A DNA stretch of 64,000 nucleotides, from assembly GCA_021432655.1 (NCBI GenBank), contig MU271188.1:53683-117682 (forward strand), written 5' to 3'. The position numbers and the translations under genes were made by a program. The number at the start of each line of letters is the position of its first letter. The first letter of the stretch is position 1. A model generated the notes under the pieces. That model worked only from the letters and a program-made list of their open reading frames with translations. It searched no databases and was not told where the DNA came from. The DNA is from Atractiella rhizophila (Eukaryota). Below are positions 14,501 to 28,523 of the stretch, piece by piece.

Positions 14501-17500
14501 TGCCAGAGTCCAGCTTCGACATCTTCAGTTACGAGACCCAGCTGCTCAAACTGATTGAGGCGATACACGACGTAGCACAGCGATCCAATCGTCGCATCGT
14601 AGAGATATACTTTTCGTACGTCGATCACCCCACAGACGACAGTGAACTAGACGATGACACTGCGATGGGCTCATTGTCTGCCAAAGCAAGAAGAACTCGA
14701 ACCGTCAGCTGGCTACGAATGTTCAGCAAGTTTTCGAACCTCAAAGCTGCTTTCAGGAGCCCTGAATTGCGCGTTTCCTTTTTTTCTTATCTGGCAAATG
14801 GGAACGTGCCGATTCAACAAGCTGCACTGGAGTGTTGTCTGGCTTGGAGTAACCCCACTGTTGAGCGACAGACAGAATTTCTTCGTCTTCTGCTCGATGA
14901 CAAATGTTTTCGTGACCAACTTTTACGATTGTCTTCGTCCGAAGAAGTCCAAGGCTTCACTGCAGAAGAGAGGGAACAACTAGTCGAATACACGACACCA
15001 ATCCTCTACGGTCTCGCTACATCTCGCAGTGGGAAGTTCACACAAGCTGGTCGTGGCCAAGTACTGAGGAGGAATGCTATTCTCTCAAGCTTGCGAGCCG
15101 GCCCAAGTTTAGAGGTGTCGACTTTTGTGGAGTGCATGTTGAAGCCTTTTCGTGACCTCATTGGTGAGGAGGACCAATCAAACTTCACGCTATCAGATGA
15201 GACTCCAAAATCATCTTTTAAGCAGCAAATTGGATTTCTCAATTTTCTAAACCAAGTGATCAAGCAAGTGTGGAACCGAGTCGAGGAGGGACGCAAACTC
15301 CATTTCGTCGGGATCGTCGTAAAAATTTTGCACTTCGCTCATTCTCAGTTGACTGTCCTCGAGTCGCAACCTTATCAAGTCTCCTCCATTTACCTTGAAA
15401 GAATCCGGACGACTCGACGGCTTGGATTGCGCTGTTTTGTGGACTTGATTCGAAATTGCTCGGGACTCACTCTGGACCAATATCTTCGACCTGCCTTTTC
15501 GTCGTTCATCTCTCCTCGACTGGCAACATTTCCGTCGGACACTGCACAAGCTCCGTCTCCACTGTTAGACCTCGCGATCTTTTGGTCACAAACCGTCGCT
15601 GGATCAAAGCTGTTAGTCCAGTACGACCTAAACTTCCTCTCTGCGATCTACAGTTGTCTAGGAGTACGAAACGCGAAGCCGGCCGTCGTGTTGAAGGTTT
15701 TCGATGTCATTCAGAACCAATTGACACTGGAATCAGAACTTTCAGACAACGTGATCATCCCGTTCCTTCCAGTTTTTCTGAAACAACTCGAAGGATTATT
15801 CTCCTCCCGAGCGTTGAACCTATCTGGGAAGGATCCCGTTTCGAGGCGATTATTCGTCGTCCTCACTCAAGCCGTTCCACTGATCCGATCTAATCACGAT
15901 GCTGCTGGTTTTATTCCTCTGCTCCTTCAGCTGCTGCGACGCCCCAATGGCGCGGTTTCCGAAAAACTCAAATGCGACGCGCTTGAGATCCTAACCACCC
16001 TCCTTGAATCGTTGACCAATTTAAACGACTCCACTCTCGATCAAGTCTACAACGCAATCTCCAGCTTTTTCTGCACATTGCGTTGGCGCGCCGCACGCCC
16101 TCGGCTCAGCCGCGCTTTTAGCGCATTAGCAAATGCGCGTCCTTCGCTCCAGAACGTCTCCCGGCTCCTTCAGGACCTCAACGCTTTCTCCCAACGTCGA
16201 GTGGAAGAACCTGACTATGAGTTGAGATTGACAGCATTCCAGCAGATAAAACAGCAAAAGACTTCCTTTTCTGTGATCGAATGGCAGCCATTGCTCAACA
16301 ACGGATTGGCTTTGTTGCAAGATAACGAAGAATTGTCGATGAGAACAAATGCGTCTGATCTTCTCCAAAACTTTACCTCGCTAGCTTTTTCAACAGCGCC
16401 GTCATTCGTGGGTTTAGTTCAGGATACTCTCTTGCCATCTCTTCGAAAGATGCTCCGTTCCTTGGAAGAGAATGTTCGAAGTGAAGCTTTGGCGGTATAT
16501 GGTTACGTTGTTCAGGAAGGGAAGAATACGCTTCCTGAGCTGCAGGAACTAGCCAAACTATTGGTAGAAGGCGACAAGGAGGCTAATGTGTTCCACAATC
16601 TCTACCACATTCAGATTCATCGACGCACAAGAGCTTGGAGAAGGATTGCCGATGTAGCCGAAAGTGGTTTGATTTCAAGCAGATCTGTTGACACTTTGTT
16701 CTTCCCTCTTTTGGACAACTATCTCCTAACTGACCAGCTGAAAACTTCGACGGATTTCCAGAATGAAATGGTCCTCATCCTGTCTAGATTCGCGTCTATT
16801 TTAGACTGGGGACCCTATCGCCGTCGGTTGCAGAAGTATCAGGCGGCACTGAAGAACACGAAAACTTCGACGCGTCTTACGGTACGTAGCGTGGTTGCGC
16901 TCCTCCGAGGATATCACTTCCCGATCAATGATCGCACCGATCAACGGATCTTTCCTTTCGTTGTTTCAAAGCTCTTACCCGATCTACTCAAGTTTTTAGA
17001 CCAGAGAGACGGGGTTGAAGAGGCGTTGCGAATTCCCATGGGGGAGGGTATAGCTCAGATTATCAAACATCTACCCGACGAAGAGAGAGATGCTTCTACC
17101 TACCACCTCCTCGCCTCATTGAGTCAAATTCTTAAGAGCACGTCACAAGATACGAGAGAATTGACCAGAGCTAGCTTGGGGAATGTTGTTGCTTTGCTTG
17201 GCTCTGAAGCCCTCCGGATTGCCGCAAAGGAACTTACTGGGGCTCTGAGACGCGGCCCTCAATTACACATCCTCGCGTATACCATTCATCATATTTTAGT
17301 CAAAATATCCAAGGTGGAAGGATTTGGAATTGACCCGGCGCTGGAAGAAGTGCTTCCCATCCTTGAGAATGACATGTTTGGTCACCCAGCGAAAGATCGA
17401 CAGAACAACGAGTTCCGCGCAAGGACCAAATTCAGAGAGGTGCGGTCGTCGAAATCAGCAGATTCGTTCCAATTACTTGCCCAAGCCGTCTCACCTTCGA

Positions 17501-19982
17501 AACTCAGTACCCTACTCCTTCCTATGCGCTCCATTCTGCAACGAATCAACTCTTCCACTGCCCTTCGCGATGCAGAAGAAATCTTTCGTCGTATATCCAG
17601 CGGCTTAGTGGACAACCCCAGGCTCGGAGCCAACGATATTCTCAGACTCTGTGCTGGCCTGATCTCACAGGACAACGAGTTTTTCCGTCTGAGGTCAGGA
17701 GAAGAGACAGACACGAAAGTGCTCTCCCGCTATCGCGTGCAGACCACTCGGAAAAGTACTGAAATCTCAAACGCTTTCAAACAAAACCGCATGCTCTTCA
17801 CCTCATTTGGCCTGGAACTCTTTTCCTCTGCGTACAAGAAGAATAAATTTGACCTTTATGATCCGTCAACGCTCTCTCAGCTCGATGACTACATGCAAGC
17901 CGTAGGGAATTGTCTCTACTCAGAGGATGTCACCATCCTCGGCAAAGCTCTGAAGGTTGCTAGCTCCCTCGTGCAATGCCCTCTTCCGTCAACGAACAAC
18001 ACTGCACCGGTTCTTATCAGGCAAATTCTTGTGGTCCTTAGACAAGCCGGGGGGACGTCTTCAGAACTGGCTCAGTCTTGCCTCCGGACCCTTGCGCTAA
18101 CCATTCGAGATTGTAAATCGGCGACGCTTTCTGTCTCACAGCTCAACGAGCTCATGAAGATTATCTCTCCTGATTTGGAAGAAGTTGACCGTCAAGCCGC
18201 CCTGTTCGCCCTCCTCCGAGCCATCATATCGAGAAAGTTCGTATCACCGGATGTTTACGATTTGATGGACAAAGTGGCAGAGATCCTTGTTACCAACCAG
18301 GCGAAGAATGTGCGAGAGGTCTGCCGCGCCATCTACCTTCAGTTCCTGTTGGATTACCCGCAGAGCCGCTCTAGACTAAAGGCGTCTCTAAATTTCCTCG
18401 CGAAGAATTTAGCTTACGAACATGAAAGCGGGCGACTTTCTGTTCTGGAATTAATTAGCGCGATCCTGAACAAGTTCAATTCAGCCCTACTCCACGACCA
18501 TATTTCTCTATTCTTTGTTGCCCTTACAATGATGATAGCAAACGATGCCTCCTCCAAATGCAGAGAGGTGGCTTCAGAGCTTCTCAAGATTCTTTTAGCC
18601 AAGGCTAGTGCGCAAAGCAAAAGAGAACTGGCAGAGATGCTCTTTGCTTGGGTCGAGCAACGGGCTCAGTTGGTTCTAGTTCATGCCGCACTCCAAGTGC
18701 TCAGTGTTATGATTGAAGTTGCGCCGCTGGAAGAAAGTGACGGTCTTTTTTCGAAATCTTGGGACCTAGTGCGTGCGAATCTTGCGGCAAGCGGTCAAGG
18801 AGTCGAGGGAGCTGAGGAAGAAGTGGAAGATGAATCCAACCCTCTGGATTTCGACTGGAAGATCCCATATTACACTCTCCAGGCCATGAACAAACTCCTC
18901 TCTAAATCGCCTCAGCGCTTTACAACGCCATCCCACGAGATGTTTACATTCTGGAACTCTGTGCGGCAACACCTTCTGTTTCCTCATGCGTGGGTTCGCT
19001 CCGTTGCTTCTCGATCCTTTGGTCAACTTTTCGCTGCTGTTGCGACGCAAACGCTGGCCGCTGTTGAGCTGTCGCAAGACCATCCCTTATCCATATTTAA
19101 TTTGGTCGAGACGGCACGCAAAATGTCTCTTCAACTTCGGAGTGAGCATCTGGACGAGGCATTGGCACTACAGGTCGTCAAGAACCTTGTTTTCATCCTC
19201 AAAACCTTTGAAGCCCGCAAGACAGCGAATATTACCCCGAGCGAGGAAGATGTAGATGAGTCTGCTGGCGAGGAAGAAGGGAAGCACGTTCCCCCAAACC
19301 CCTCACGCTGGCTGTGTGGTCGAATGTCTAGACAGCTACGGGCGTGCCATGATTCACGGCCCAGTATTTACGAGAATTTGAAGGTGTTACGGCAATGTCT
19401 GTCCGTCTATCTCGCTGACAATTGCTCCTAGAAACCGTGGACAACGCAACCTTCCGCAATATTGAAGTGGTTTGCAGCACTAATTGAAGTCCTACCCGCT
19501 GCAACCCTAGATACATTGCTGCTCCAGCTAATGACACCATTGTACCGAATAATCAATCAGGAAGCTCGAGTAGAGGACGAACAGTCAGGTGCGTCTGGCA
19601 CCCATAGATATTTGTCGCGTTGAAATCTCCGTGCAGTCAAACTTCAGAGTCTCGCATTAGAAGTTCAAGACCTCCTGCAGTCTAAAATATCTGTTGAATC
19701 GTTCACGCGTACGCTTACAGAAATTCAAAAGCGATCGACTCAGAAAAAGTTCGATCGCAAAGCAGCACAAGCACTTTTAGTTTGTCTTCTCTTTTCCTCT
19801 CCTTAGAGAAGTTATAACAAAGCCTACAGCGCTTCTCTGAACCAGAGTTGCATGACAAGAGAAGGATCGCAAAAAATGCTGCAAGGGCCAACAGCCGGAA
19901 AAGGAAAAATGCGAACTTTGAGCAAGGAAGGTATGCATTGCACAATGGAGGAGGCAAGATCAAAAAACGGAGAACGGAATGA
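11552..19982 (+). CDS. UTP20: U3 snoRNP/SSU processome HEAT-repeat protein Utp20 (DRIM); the true start probably lies slightly upstream, with an acceptor near 11509
   Basis: Very large HEAT-like protein with a 1588-aa exon containing HIQIHRRTRAWRR, LRRGPQLHILAYTIH, KFREVRSSKSADSF, QFLLDYPQ, NLAYEHESGR and LLFPHAWVR. Basic C-terminus KRRTE-TGA. Confidence 0.93.
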
Positions 19983-20190
19983 TGATGATGATTCGGTCTA
20001 TACAGCGGATACTTCGTCCATTTTGAGGTGATTTTGTATCGCATCCTGCGAGCGACAATCACATACAGCGAATCACTGATCCATACCATTACAAGACGAT
20101 ATAGACATTTTCATTCTGTGCATAGGATAAAAAGAGATACCGAACTGAACAACGCTACAACACAAAGCAATAAGTAATGATTTGGTATCC

Positions 20191-23100
20191 TCAACTCTCC
20201 CGAAAACCGGCCGCTTGGAGTTCATAAAGATGGTGATATTTCCCTTTGAGCTCCATAAGCTCTGAATGCGTCCCTTGCTCTATCAACTGTCCCCGTTCCA
20301 TAACAAGAATCCTATCCGCTTTGGCAGTGAGGGAAAATCGATGTGTCGCAAAAATGATGGTACACGTTCCTCGCATCTCGTAGATTTGTTTGAAGAAGCG
20401 ATCCTCTGCTTGAGGGTCAAGATTACCTGCAGGCTCGTCAAAAACTCGCAAGTCTGCATCAGCTCGCATGAATGCTTGAGACAGTGCGATTCGTTGTTGC
20501 TACATGCTCGGGAGACTACGTTAAATGGGGGAGCAGAAAATGAGGTCAGAAACACTCACTTGGCCACCAGAGAGAGTAACATTGCCCAATTCCTTCCAGG
20601 CTTCTTGGAGATCAGCCTCTTTTCCCATTTCCTTTTTCTTCTCGTCCTCCTTCTTTTCCTCTGCTCTCTCGGTGTTTTCTTCCTTCCTTGTATCAGTTTC
20701 CCTCTCCGCCACCTTCCTCCGCTCTTTACCGGTCTCCTCCTTCCTTACCCCGTCCATCTTCGCAACGGCGTCCTTTCGCTCGTCATCTTTCTCTTTCTCC
20801 TCCGTCACCATCGCTAACTTTGGCGCCTCTCTCCTCTGACTCCCTGAGCCAATCATGACAGCTCCAGGTAGTCCCTCTTCCTCAACAACCTCCTCAACCT
20901 CGCCCATTCCCATCGTCCGACTCATTAAGGAATCAAAACCATACGGCAACCGCTCTATAATTTCCAAAGCATCGCTCTTCCGCGCTGCCTCCCTAATCTT
21001 CTCCATGTCATGAACATCTTCGACGCTCCCGACGCCAATATATTCCTTTGCGGTAAGTGGGAGGGGTGTGGTGGTTTGGAATAGAATGGACATGCGTTTT
21101 TGCAGTGCAGGAGTTGAGTATGAACCAATAGGACTACCGTTAATTAGGATCGTGCCGGAGGTCACATCGTACAATCTCGAAATCACATTTACTAAACTGC
21201 TTTTGCCTGAGCCATTGAAGCCTGCATTCTATGGTTCGACACGGTATAGATAAATTCGGTGATGGAGACGGACCGACTAAGGCAACCAATTCCCCCGGAA
21301 GGATAGTGAAGCTGATATTCCTGAGGACCTTGGGCATCTGGTATGTCACTCGTCCCTGTTGGATCGCTTTCTTCACGGCAGGTGAAGGGTATTCGAACGA
21401 CACGTCCCTGTCCGCGAAAGACGTCAGTCTCTGATATACTCTAGTTCTAAGGGGAAATATAATATAAGGGAGAAAGAAACCGTACCGGAACTCGATCCCC
21501 ATCCCTCTCGCCTCCTTGCCTCCTTCCATCTTTCTCGTCTGTCTCCCATATTCCTGCGGATGTTCAGGCTCTGGTATATCTCTCTCGATTTCTGTTCACG
21601 GTCACGGAACCACATCAGCAGCAGCACGTGTGACGGCGAATAATCTACTACACAGATTGACATTTAGAAGAGGAGACGAAGCTTACCCAAAGAGCGATAC
21701 AACGCCTCCACGTCTGCCATCATCCTATCCATCCTCCAAAAATGGTTTGGCAGTCGAAATAATGTGCTGACTATGATCGCTACAGATTGTTGGATGAACA
21801 ACAGCTCTCCCATTGAGAGAGCCTCCCTAGATGAGCCTGTGGCCATGCGGGAGGCGATAATGGTCCATATTGCCTATGTATCCATCATTGAGACTCAGCA
21901 TCGTGAGGTAAGAGGACGCAATGCTTACATATGTTACCGTCTGACTTAATTTGGGGTATAACGACACCATCCAACTCATATTCCTCGCATACGGTGAATC
22001 AATCGAAACATCACCCAGCTCTGCCGCCTCTCTTTCAAACTCATCGTGTAAATAGTCTCCTAGTCCCAGAGCGATGATGGAGCGCGAGTAAGAGTCCGAG
22101 GTCGCAATGTTCTTCATGAGGTTCATGCGGAGATAGTGAGGGTCGTTTATCGTGTATGTTTCGTTGGCCCATCCTGCTCACCGAGTAAGTAAAAGAAATA
22201 TCACGACTCAGGCACGAGGGGAAGGGAAAGGAGTAAGAAGACCTACGTCCCCAAATGCTCCGCCAAACTTGGTACACCGTCCCGCCCAAACTGGCCAAAA
22301 CCAATGGCCAACTCTTCTCGCTGACCATCTTCCTTACTATCGCCAGCTGCGCTCCGAAGGACACCAAATCCTGCCATAGGTCCATGACGATACCCGGACC
22401 AGACCTATATACATCTGCGCTGAGCCTCGCGGACGAATGAAGGATCTGTCGAGTGGCTGAAGAGGAAAGAGATGTGAGGTCCAACCGAGAGCGAGAGGCG
22501 ATCAAACGAGATTGGATAAAGGTGTTGAGTTTGTGTTTTACAATCCCATTGTTTTCGAACCTTCAAATAATCTCGCTTGCTGAGAACGCAAATGCAAAGA
22601 AAAGGGAGAAGACAAACGTGAGGGCGAGAATTTGGAGGGAAGATAACTCGCAGAGGAGCTTAAGGAACAAGGTTTTGAGGAGTCGGAAGTAGGACAAAGG
22701 CTGATGCCCATCAACCACTCCTTTAGCCTATCCAGTGCAGAAATCATTAGACCTTTCAACTCGGACACGAGATGGGAATAGTCAAGAGCGTAGAGTAAGA
22801 ATATGCTCACAATTTCAATCATCTCCCTACTGTAGTATAAGCTCGCAGCAGGAAGCATACTTTGCACGCTCCTGCTGGCGAACAGTAGGAGTATCCTCCA
22901 GCCTCCAATGCGGACCAGGTCCCTTGCGAACTTGCCCAAAAGCGGCAGTTGAGACTCCCACTTATACTTCCAATCCCAATCAGTTGCCACCAATATTTTC
23001 CTGATTATATATCTCCAGAACCATCCTCCCTCTTCTGAGAGCACATCCTTCAGCGCTGCCGACGACGAGTTGTTGGCTAGATGACGGCGGGAACCTCGAC

Positions 23101-23320
23101 GGAAGTAGGAGCGTGCAACGTCGTGATAGGTTATTGTCCATATTCCGTCTTGCACGACCCTTGTGCCCACTCCGCCTGACCCCACTGAGACTCCAGAAGA
23201 TGCGCCCCGCCCCATCTTTCCCAGCCCTTTCATCTTAAATGCTGAGTTCGCCGTTCCGTCCACAGGTGCAGGAACTGGTTCTCCAGCCATGACTGATTTT
23301 CTATGAGCACGCATAGACAT
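20191..23320 (-). CDS. Half-size ABC transporter (TMD-NBD, HlyB/MsbA-like ABC-B type)
   Basis: TM exons, then Walker A GFNGSGKS (split by an intron), Q-loop LFQ, signature LSGGQ, Walker B/D-loop LRVFDEPAGNLD and H-loop ATHRF. Confidence 0.9.
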
Positions 23321-24805
23321 AAATCTAATGTTCTCTACCAAAGCAGAAGCAGGAAGACTGAGAGCAGGGCTGGTTTTGTGCTGGTGGCGCGTCGAAAGAA
23401 CGCGGTGGTACGTACAAACGTGACTTGCTTCCACTGCGCATAAAACGACGAAGTCGACCAAGTTCGTAGATTCCTTGGCTGAAAGGGTCACACAAAGGTG
23501 ATGATATGAAAGGAGTAAGAGTTACTTACCCCGGTAGCGGAGGAGATAAGCAGCAAGGTGGGCTGACGGGGGTTACGTACACAGTATGTGAGTTTCGTTA
23601 CTCGATTAGCGTTGGGATGGGATGCAGCAAACCATGGAATTTGGACGTGTCCAGTCAAATTCAAACTGAAGACAGGAGTGTTCCCTTTTAATGAGACCTG
23701 TTGCAGCTTGGTAGAAAAATAACTGAACGTCATGGACCTTGACAGCTTCTTCGCAAGCTCTTCAAATATTTCGAAGTGATCTACGACTTTCTGCACCATA
23801 ATTACTCAATGAAATTTGACGGAGTTGGAGTTACCATCTCGCTTCATCCCTTCAGCAGTCCATTCCTCGAAATGATCGGGCGCCGACTAAAGACGATGGA
23901 GAATTAGAGGAGAATATAGGATAGGCGACGGAAGCGGACACCGTCGAATGAGAGCAAAGGGAAACTTTCGACAGCTCGCATATCTTCTGATGCGCCGTGC
24001 CGAAGCAGCTTCTCTTCTTGTTCAATTTTTGCGACAGCGATAATAACTCTATAACAGATCTCTCTCTCAGAGCTGAAGAAGCCAAATAATCATCGTCAGG
24101 TCAGATTTGAGATTCGGACAAAATTTCATTTGTCCATACTGCTTTTACACTAGCTTCAGCTATAAGAGGACCATCCTTCGACATCCAAGAGCATAAGCTC
24201 TCTTTGCGAATAAGTATGTGGGGTCGGAGACTTTCGTTCCTCCCAAAAGTGTGCTTAACTCTAACCGCTCGGACGCGTGTCTTCTGTTCCTGTTTGTTAA
24301 GCCCAAGAAATCGAAGTTGATTGACTCAACAAGATGAGGTCAACCCCTTGTCGCAGCGAATTTCCTCTCATTTACTCCTGCTAGTGGACGGACGAATCTA
24401 GACGGTGGTTTGGTTCTGATCCTCGTTTGTTTGTTTGCGAAGCAAGCGTGTTCACAGTCACAGCGTGACGTGAGTCCTCCGCTGACCACCGACTTGCCTG
24501 CCAAGAGCCAGCGTTCTAGAGGAGAAATGTCTTTTCTAAGGTGCTCAATGTCTTCTCTGAGAGGCTCAATATCGAGCGCACTGCACAATGCATTGGCGGA
24601 GCGTTTTCGCAGCGGCCCATGACATACTCCGTTCTGTCCTTCGTACGTACGGTCGGTGACTCCCTTGATTGGGGCTTGCCCAATAAAAGAAAGCATCGTA
24701 AGCACTGATCTCTCCACACTACAAACCCAGAATTTGCAGGGACTTTGCATCACCATCGATTTTGTGTTTTCCCTTCATTCAACTTATTCTGGAAGCGGAA
24801 TCACC

Positions 24806-27800
24806 ATGGAGCTCACAACACCGGTCACTGCCACCTTGAATCATCGTGTGGTCGTGTTCTCCTTTGTCGTCGCACTGGCTGCCTTCTCTGCAGGGCTTGT
24901 GGCGCCGTCCGTCTATCATTCTGCTTCTGTGAAACATTTGTTGAAGTCGAAGGAAGTCGAAGAGGAGAAGGAACAGAACGAAGAGTTGCCTGAACCTGAG
25001 AAGCCAGCAGCAGGCGAGGAGCGCCTCGTCAACGCCGCTGACGCAAGTTTTGAGGAGGTGGAGAAGAAGGAGAGAGTACATTGCGACCATCCGGTCATTT
25101 CCCAAGCAATTGAGCCGCGCCGTGTCGTACAGCACAAAGGACAAGGAGATGATACCTTGGAAAAAGATGCAGGTGAAGAGATGACGGACAACGAGATATG
25201 GAAGCGCATCCCTGAAGTTTGGTGGGCTGCAGTCTTCATCTACCCGTCGAATGTATTGATAACCTTGATGGCGCTTCAAGGGACAAGCTTAGCAGCCAGT
25301 GGGTTCCTAAAGGGAAACGCCGAGGATCGATGCCCCCTCTCCCAATCCTGGTTCCTCCTCCGCCGCCACCACCAGCTCTGCCAGTATTATCCGCCTTCCC
25401 ATCCCCCAGCACTTCCCCTACCCCTCTACCGCCGCTGCCACCTCCTCCTTTGCTTTCTGCTGTTCAATCTCCCAGAATTTCTCACACACCTCTTCCCCCT
25501 CCAGCGGTCTTCATCCCACCTCCAGGATTGCCCATGCAGCCTCCTCACCCACCTCCAGTGATCGAAGTGAAACATAAAACAAAGAAACATGCTTTCGTCA
25601 TGACCGTGAGAGAAGTGGACGAGAGTCAGCCGGGGTCGATTGGTAGGCAATACTGTTTTACTGCTCCATGGATGAGTATTGAGGGAGGTGTCAGATTCGT
25701 CGCCAATCGTTCTCCTCACCCTGAAGTGCAAATGCCTCATCTCTCGGCTAAGGTGCGTTCCCGTTGAACTTGAACTTGAGGAACAGTTTTGAATATTGTT
25801 TCTTGGGCAGACCGCTGTTTGACGGATTGAAAGAGTTTATGAAGGAGGAACCCCAGGTAAGTGGCCCTTCTCCTAATTCAGGAATAACTGCTGAAGAGAA
25901 CAGGTCAGCGGAAGAGATCTGTACACCATGAAGCGACGGTTAGATGGAGTGTATGGCCCCTCACAATTTCATTCCTCTGGACTGACAATGGTGCAGACTT
26001 GAACATTTTATTGCCGAGCGAGAAGCTATGGGAGGTCCGATCCCTCCTGAGCCTAAATCCGTCATTTGTCAGCACTGCAACTGCATGAGTCTGTCTCCGT
26101 CACGTTCTACTCTTGTAACCCTGAATATAACGCTTTCTAACAGCTAAAGTCCCAGAACAAGGTGAAGGGAGAAGCCTCCGCTCTCAGCCGAAGTTCAAGA
26201 GTTCGATCTCCATCTTACGCACCTTCGAGAACTAGTCAAGTGTATCGAACGGGAATATAAATCTACGTTCGTATTCGTTTTGGATCGAAAGTGGTCTTGA
26301 TATCGTATTGCAGGACAGAAAAACTCTCAAAGTTGACCGAAGATGATGGATTGCCATTCAAACTCCTGTGGAGCAAATTCCCAATCGGGGATCTAGCTGC
26401 TTGTAGAGATGCTGTAACGTATGAAAGGGTATGAACACTCTACCGAGGTAATAAGGATTACTGAGCTAGTCATAGATCGCTTTCATCGTGAAGGAAGCAT
26501 ACTACACTTCTGATTTTGCTTCCTTCATCGTCAGTGGCACGAGACTCGAATGGAGTGGAAAAGTGTTCGCCAAGCGGAAGATTGAGGCAACTATCCCTTC
26601 ATATCTCGTAGGCTTGGTACAATCTCCCTTGCATAAGTAGGCTGATCTATCTCCTCTATGTAGGACCTGGTTAGAATACATACTCACGCAGTATATCCAA
26701 TAACCTCCGATATCTACACTGAGCTATTGGAGCGCGGCAGGAAGTATCTTCAGGTCTGTCTTGTAATCAAAATCAGGCAACGCAAAGCTCAAGTGACGAG
26801 TAGCTATGCCGTCGTTCACTGGTATCATATAAAGGTGAAGTGCACAATATCTTGATACTTTGACTCACACAGATGGCTCACAGGCGTATTCTACCACTTC
26901 TCTACTGAGAACGAAGCAAAGGAAATGGTTGACGGTCGTGTTATGCTTGACATCGAAACATGGCGGCATCTCAATCCTCAGGATGTCGGCATGCTCTTCG
27001 CATTCTTGAGATGAAATTGACTATTGTTACAGGATTATATCTATCGTTGGGACAACGACGTGAGAGGCGAATTGTGCAATTTTTGGGATGAGAGAGACTC
27101 GAGGCTTTCCGAAGTGACAGAGGAGGATGAAATTGTTACCCTGTTACCTTGGATGGTGGGGTGGAGTTTTGAAACGAACTCTTGGGGGAAATGCGTCCTC
27201 GACTGCATGAGTCCGAATACCTTTGATGATAGGCTGATCGATGGATTGTTGATGGATTCTGACCAAAAGGTGGGCTTTCTCTGACCTCCCATGTCACAGC
27301 TAACTGTGCTGGCAGCAACTTATTATCAATGCGACAAAGAGCCTCAAAAACTTGGACAACATTCCAGAACCTTGGAGCCGTTTCTCGGGAGCGCGAATAC
27401 TGCTACATGGAGTAGGTTCCGTGCAGTGATTCTTTCAACTATATGCTGAATGAAACGGCAGCCTCCTGGAACAGGGAAAACGCTGACCGCTTACGCCGTA
27501 AGTTGCCACTTGAACTTCATGCTGTAGGTTTTGAGAGCGTCGTAGATTTCAGAATCTCTCCAAGTCCCCCTCCAACGAATAAAGCTATCCTCCATTCGCT
27601 CCACATCTCAGAATCTCAGCTCTGTCCGTTACATCATCAAGTTAGCAAATATTTGGTCCTCTGTCCTTCTTCTTGATGGGGCCGATGTCGTGCTTGAGGC
27701 GCCAGCAGCGAACGATTCTTCACATCACACCAATCTTCTGACACTGTTAAACATATTAGACAACTTCAAAGGGGTTGTCTTCCTCATCTCCAATCGCATA

Positions 27801-28424
27801 CAGAGTTACGACCCCAGATTGATATCGCGACTGTCGCTTGCGATCAAATACAATAGTCTCAGCCGACAAGCGAGGGAGACGCTCCTGCGGAAGCTGCTCA
27901 CTCTAGCTGGTGTCTCCGTCCTCGAAGATCCAACATCTGCACCCCTCCCTCCTCTCGGCCCTCCACTCTTGCAGACGGCGCCGTTATTGACACGAACAGC
28001 AAGCGAAGGCGCGGTGCCATCTTCCAAGGCTATCGATGCGGATTTCCCAGAAGTCGACACCGTTTCGAGCGCTTCTGACGCTGCAACTGTGAAGAAAGAC
28101 TCAGAGGTTTTCAATGCTGTGTCATATAAGGACCTCAAATCTTGGGCTTCTCATCCATTTGATGGCCGACAAATTAATGAACTTGTCAAGACGGCACAAC
28201 TTGTCGCGGCTGGTGAAGGAGGCGGACTCTGCGCTCGACACGTGGAGAGTGTCGTGAAGTCTTGTGCGTGTCCCTTAGGCCTTAATTCACTGTGGCTTTG
28301 GCCACATATTGACCATGGGAGAATAGTGGTGCGGTGTCATGTGGATTTTGTTGAAGCTGATGACGAGAGTTACATCGTCGAGAAAAATGAGCGATGGAGC
28401 CATAAGATACCCTTGTACAGTTGA
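24806..28424 (+). CDS. AAA+ ATPase-like protein with N-terminal TM helix and proline-rich segment
   Basis: MELTT..VVVFSFVVALAAFSAGLV (TM helix); Walker [62 protein letters not shown]. These match the fungal lid-containing AAA family. Confidence 0.8.
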
Positions 28425-28523
28425 ACGCTTTCTCACACGACTTAGTGTATAGGTCAACGGTCCTGCATATTTAGTTTTAAATGTTGAAGTTGTGGTGCTG
28501 TCACCAATTGTAGCAGTAACTAC

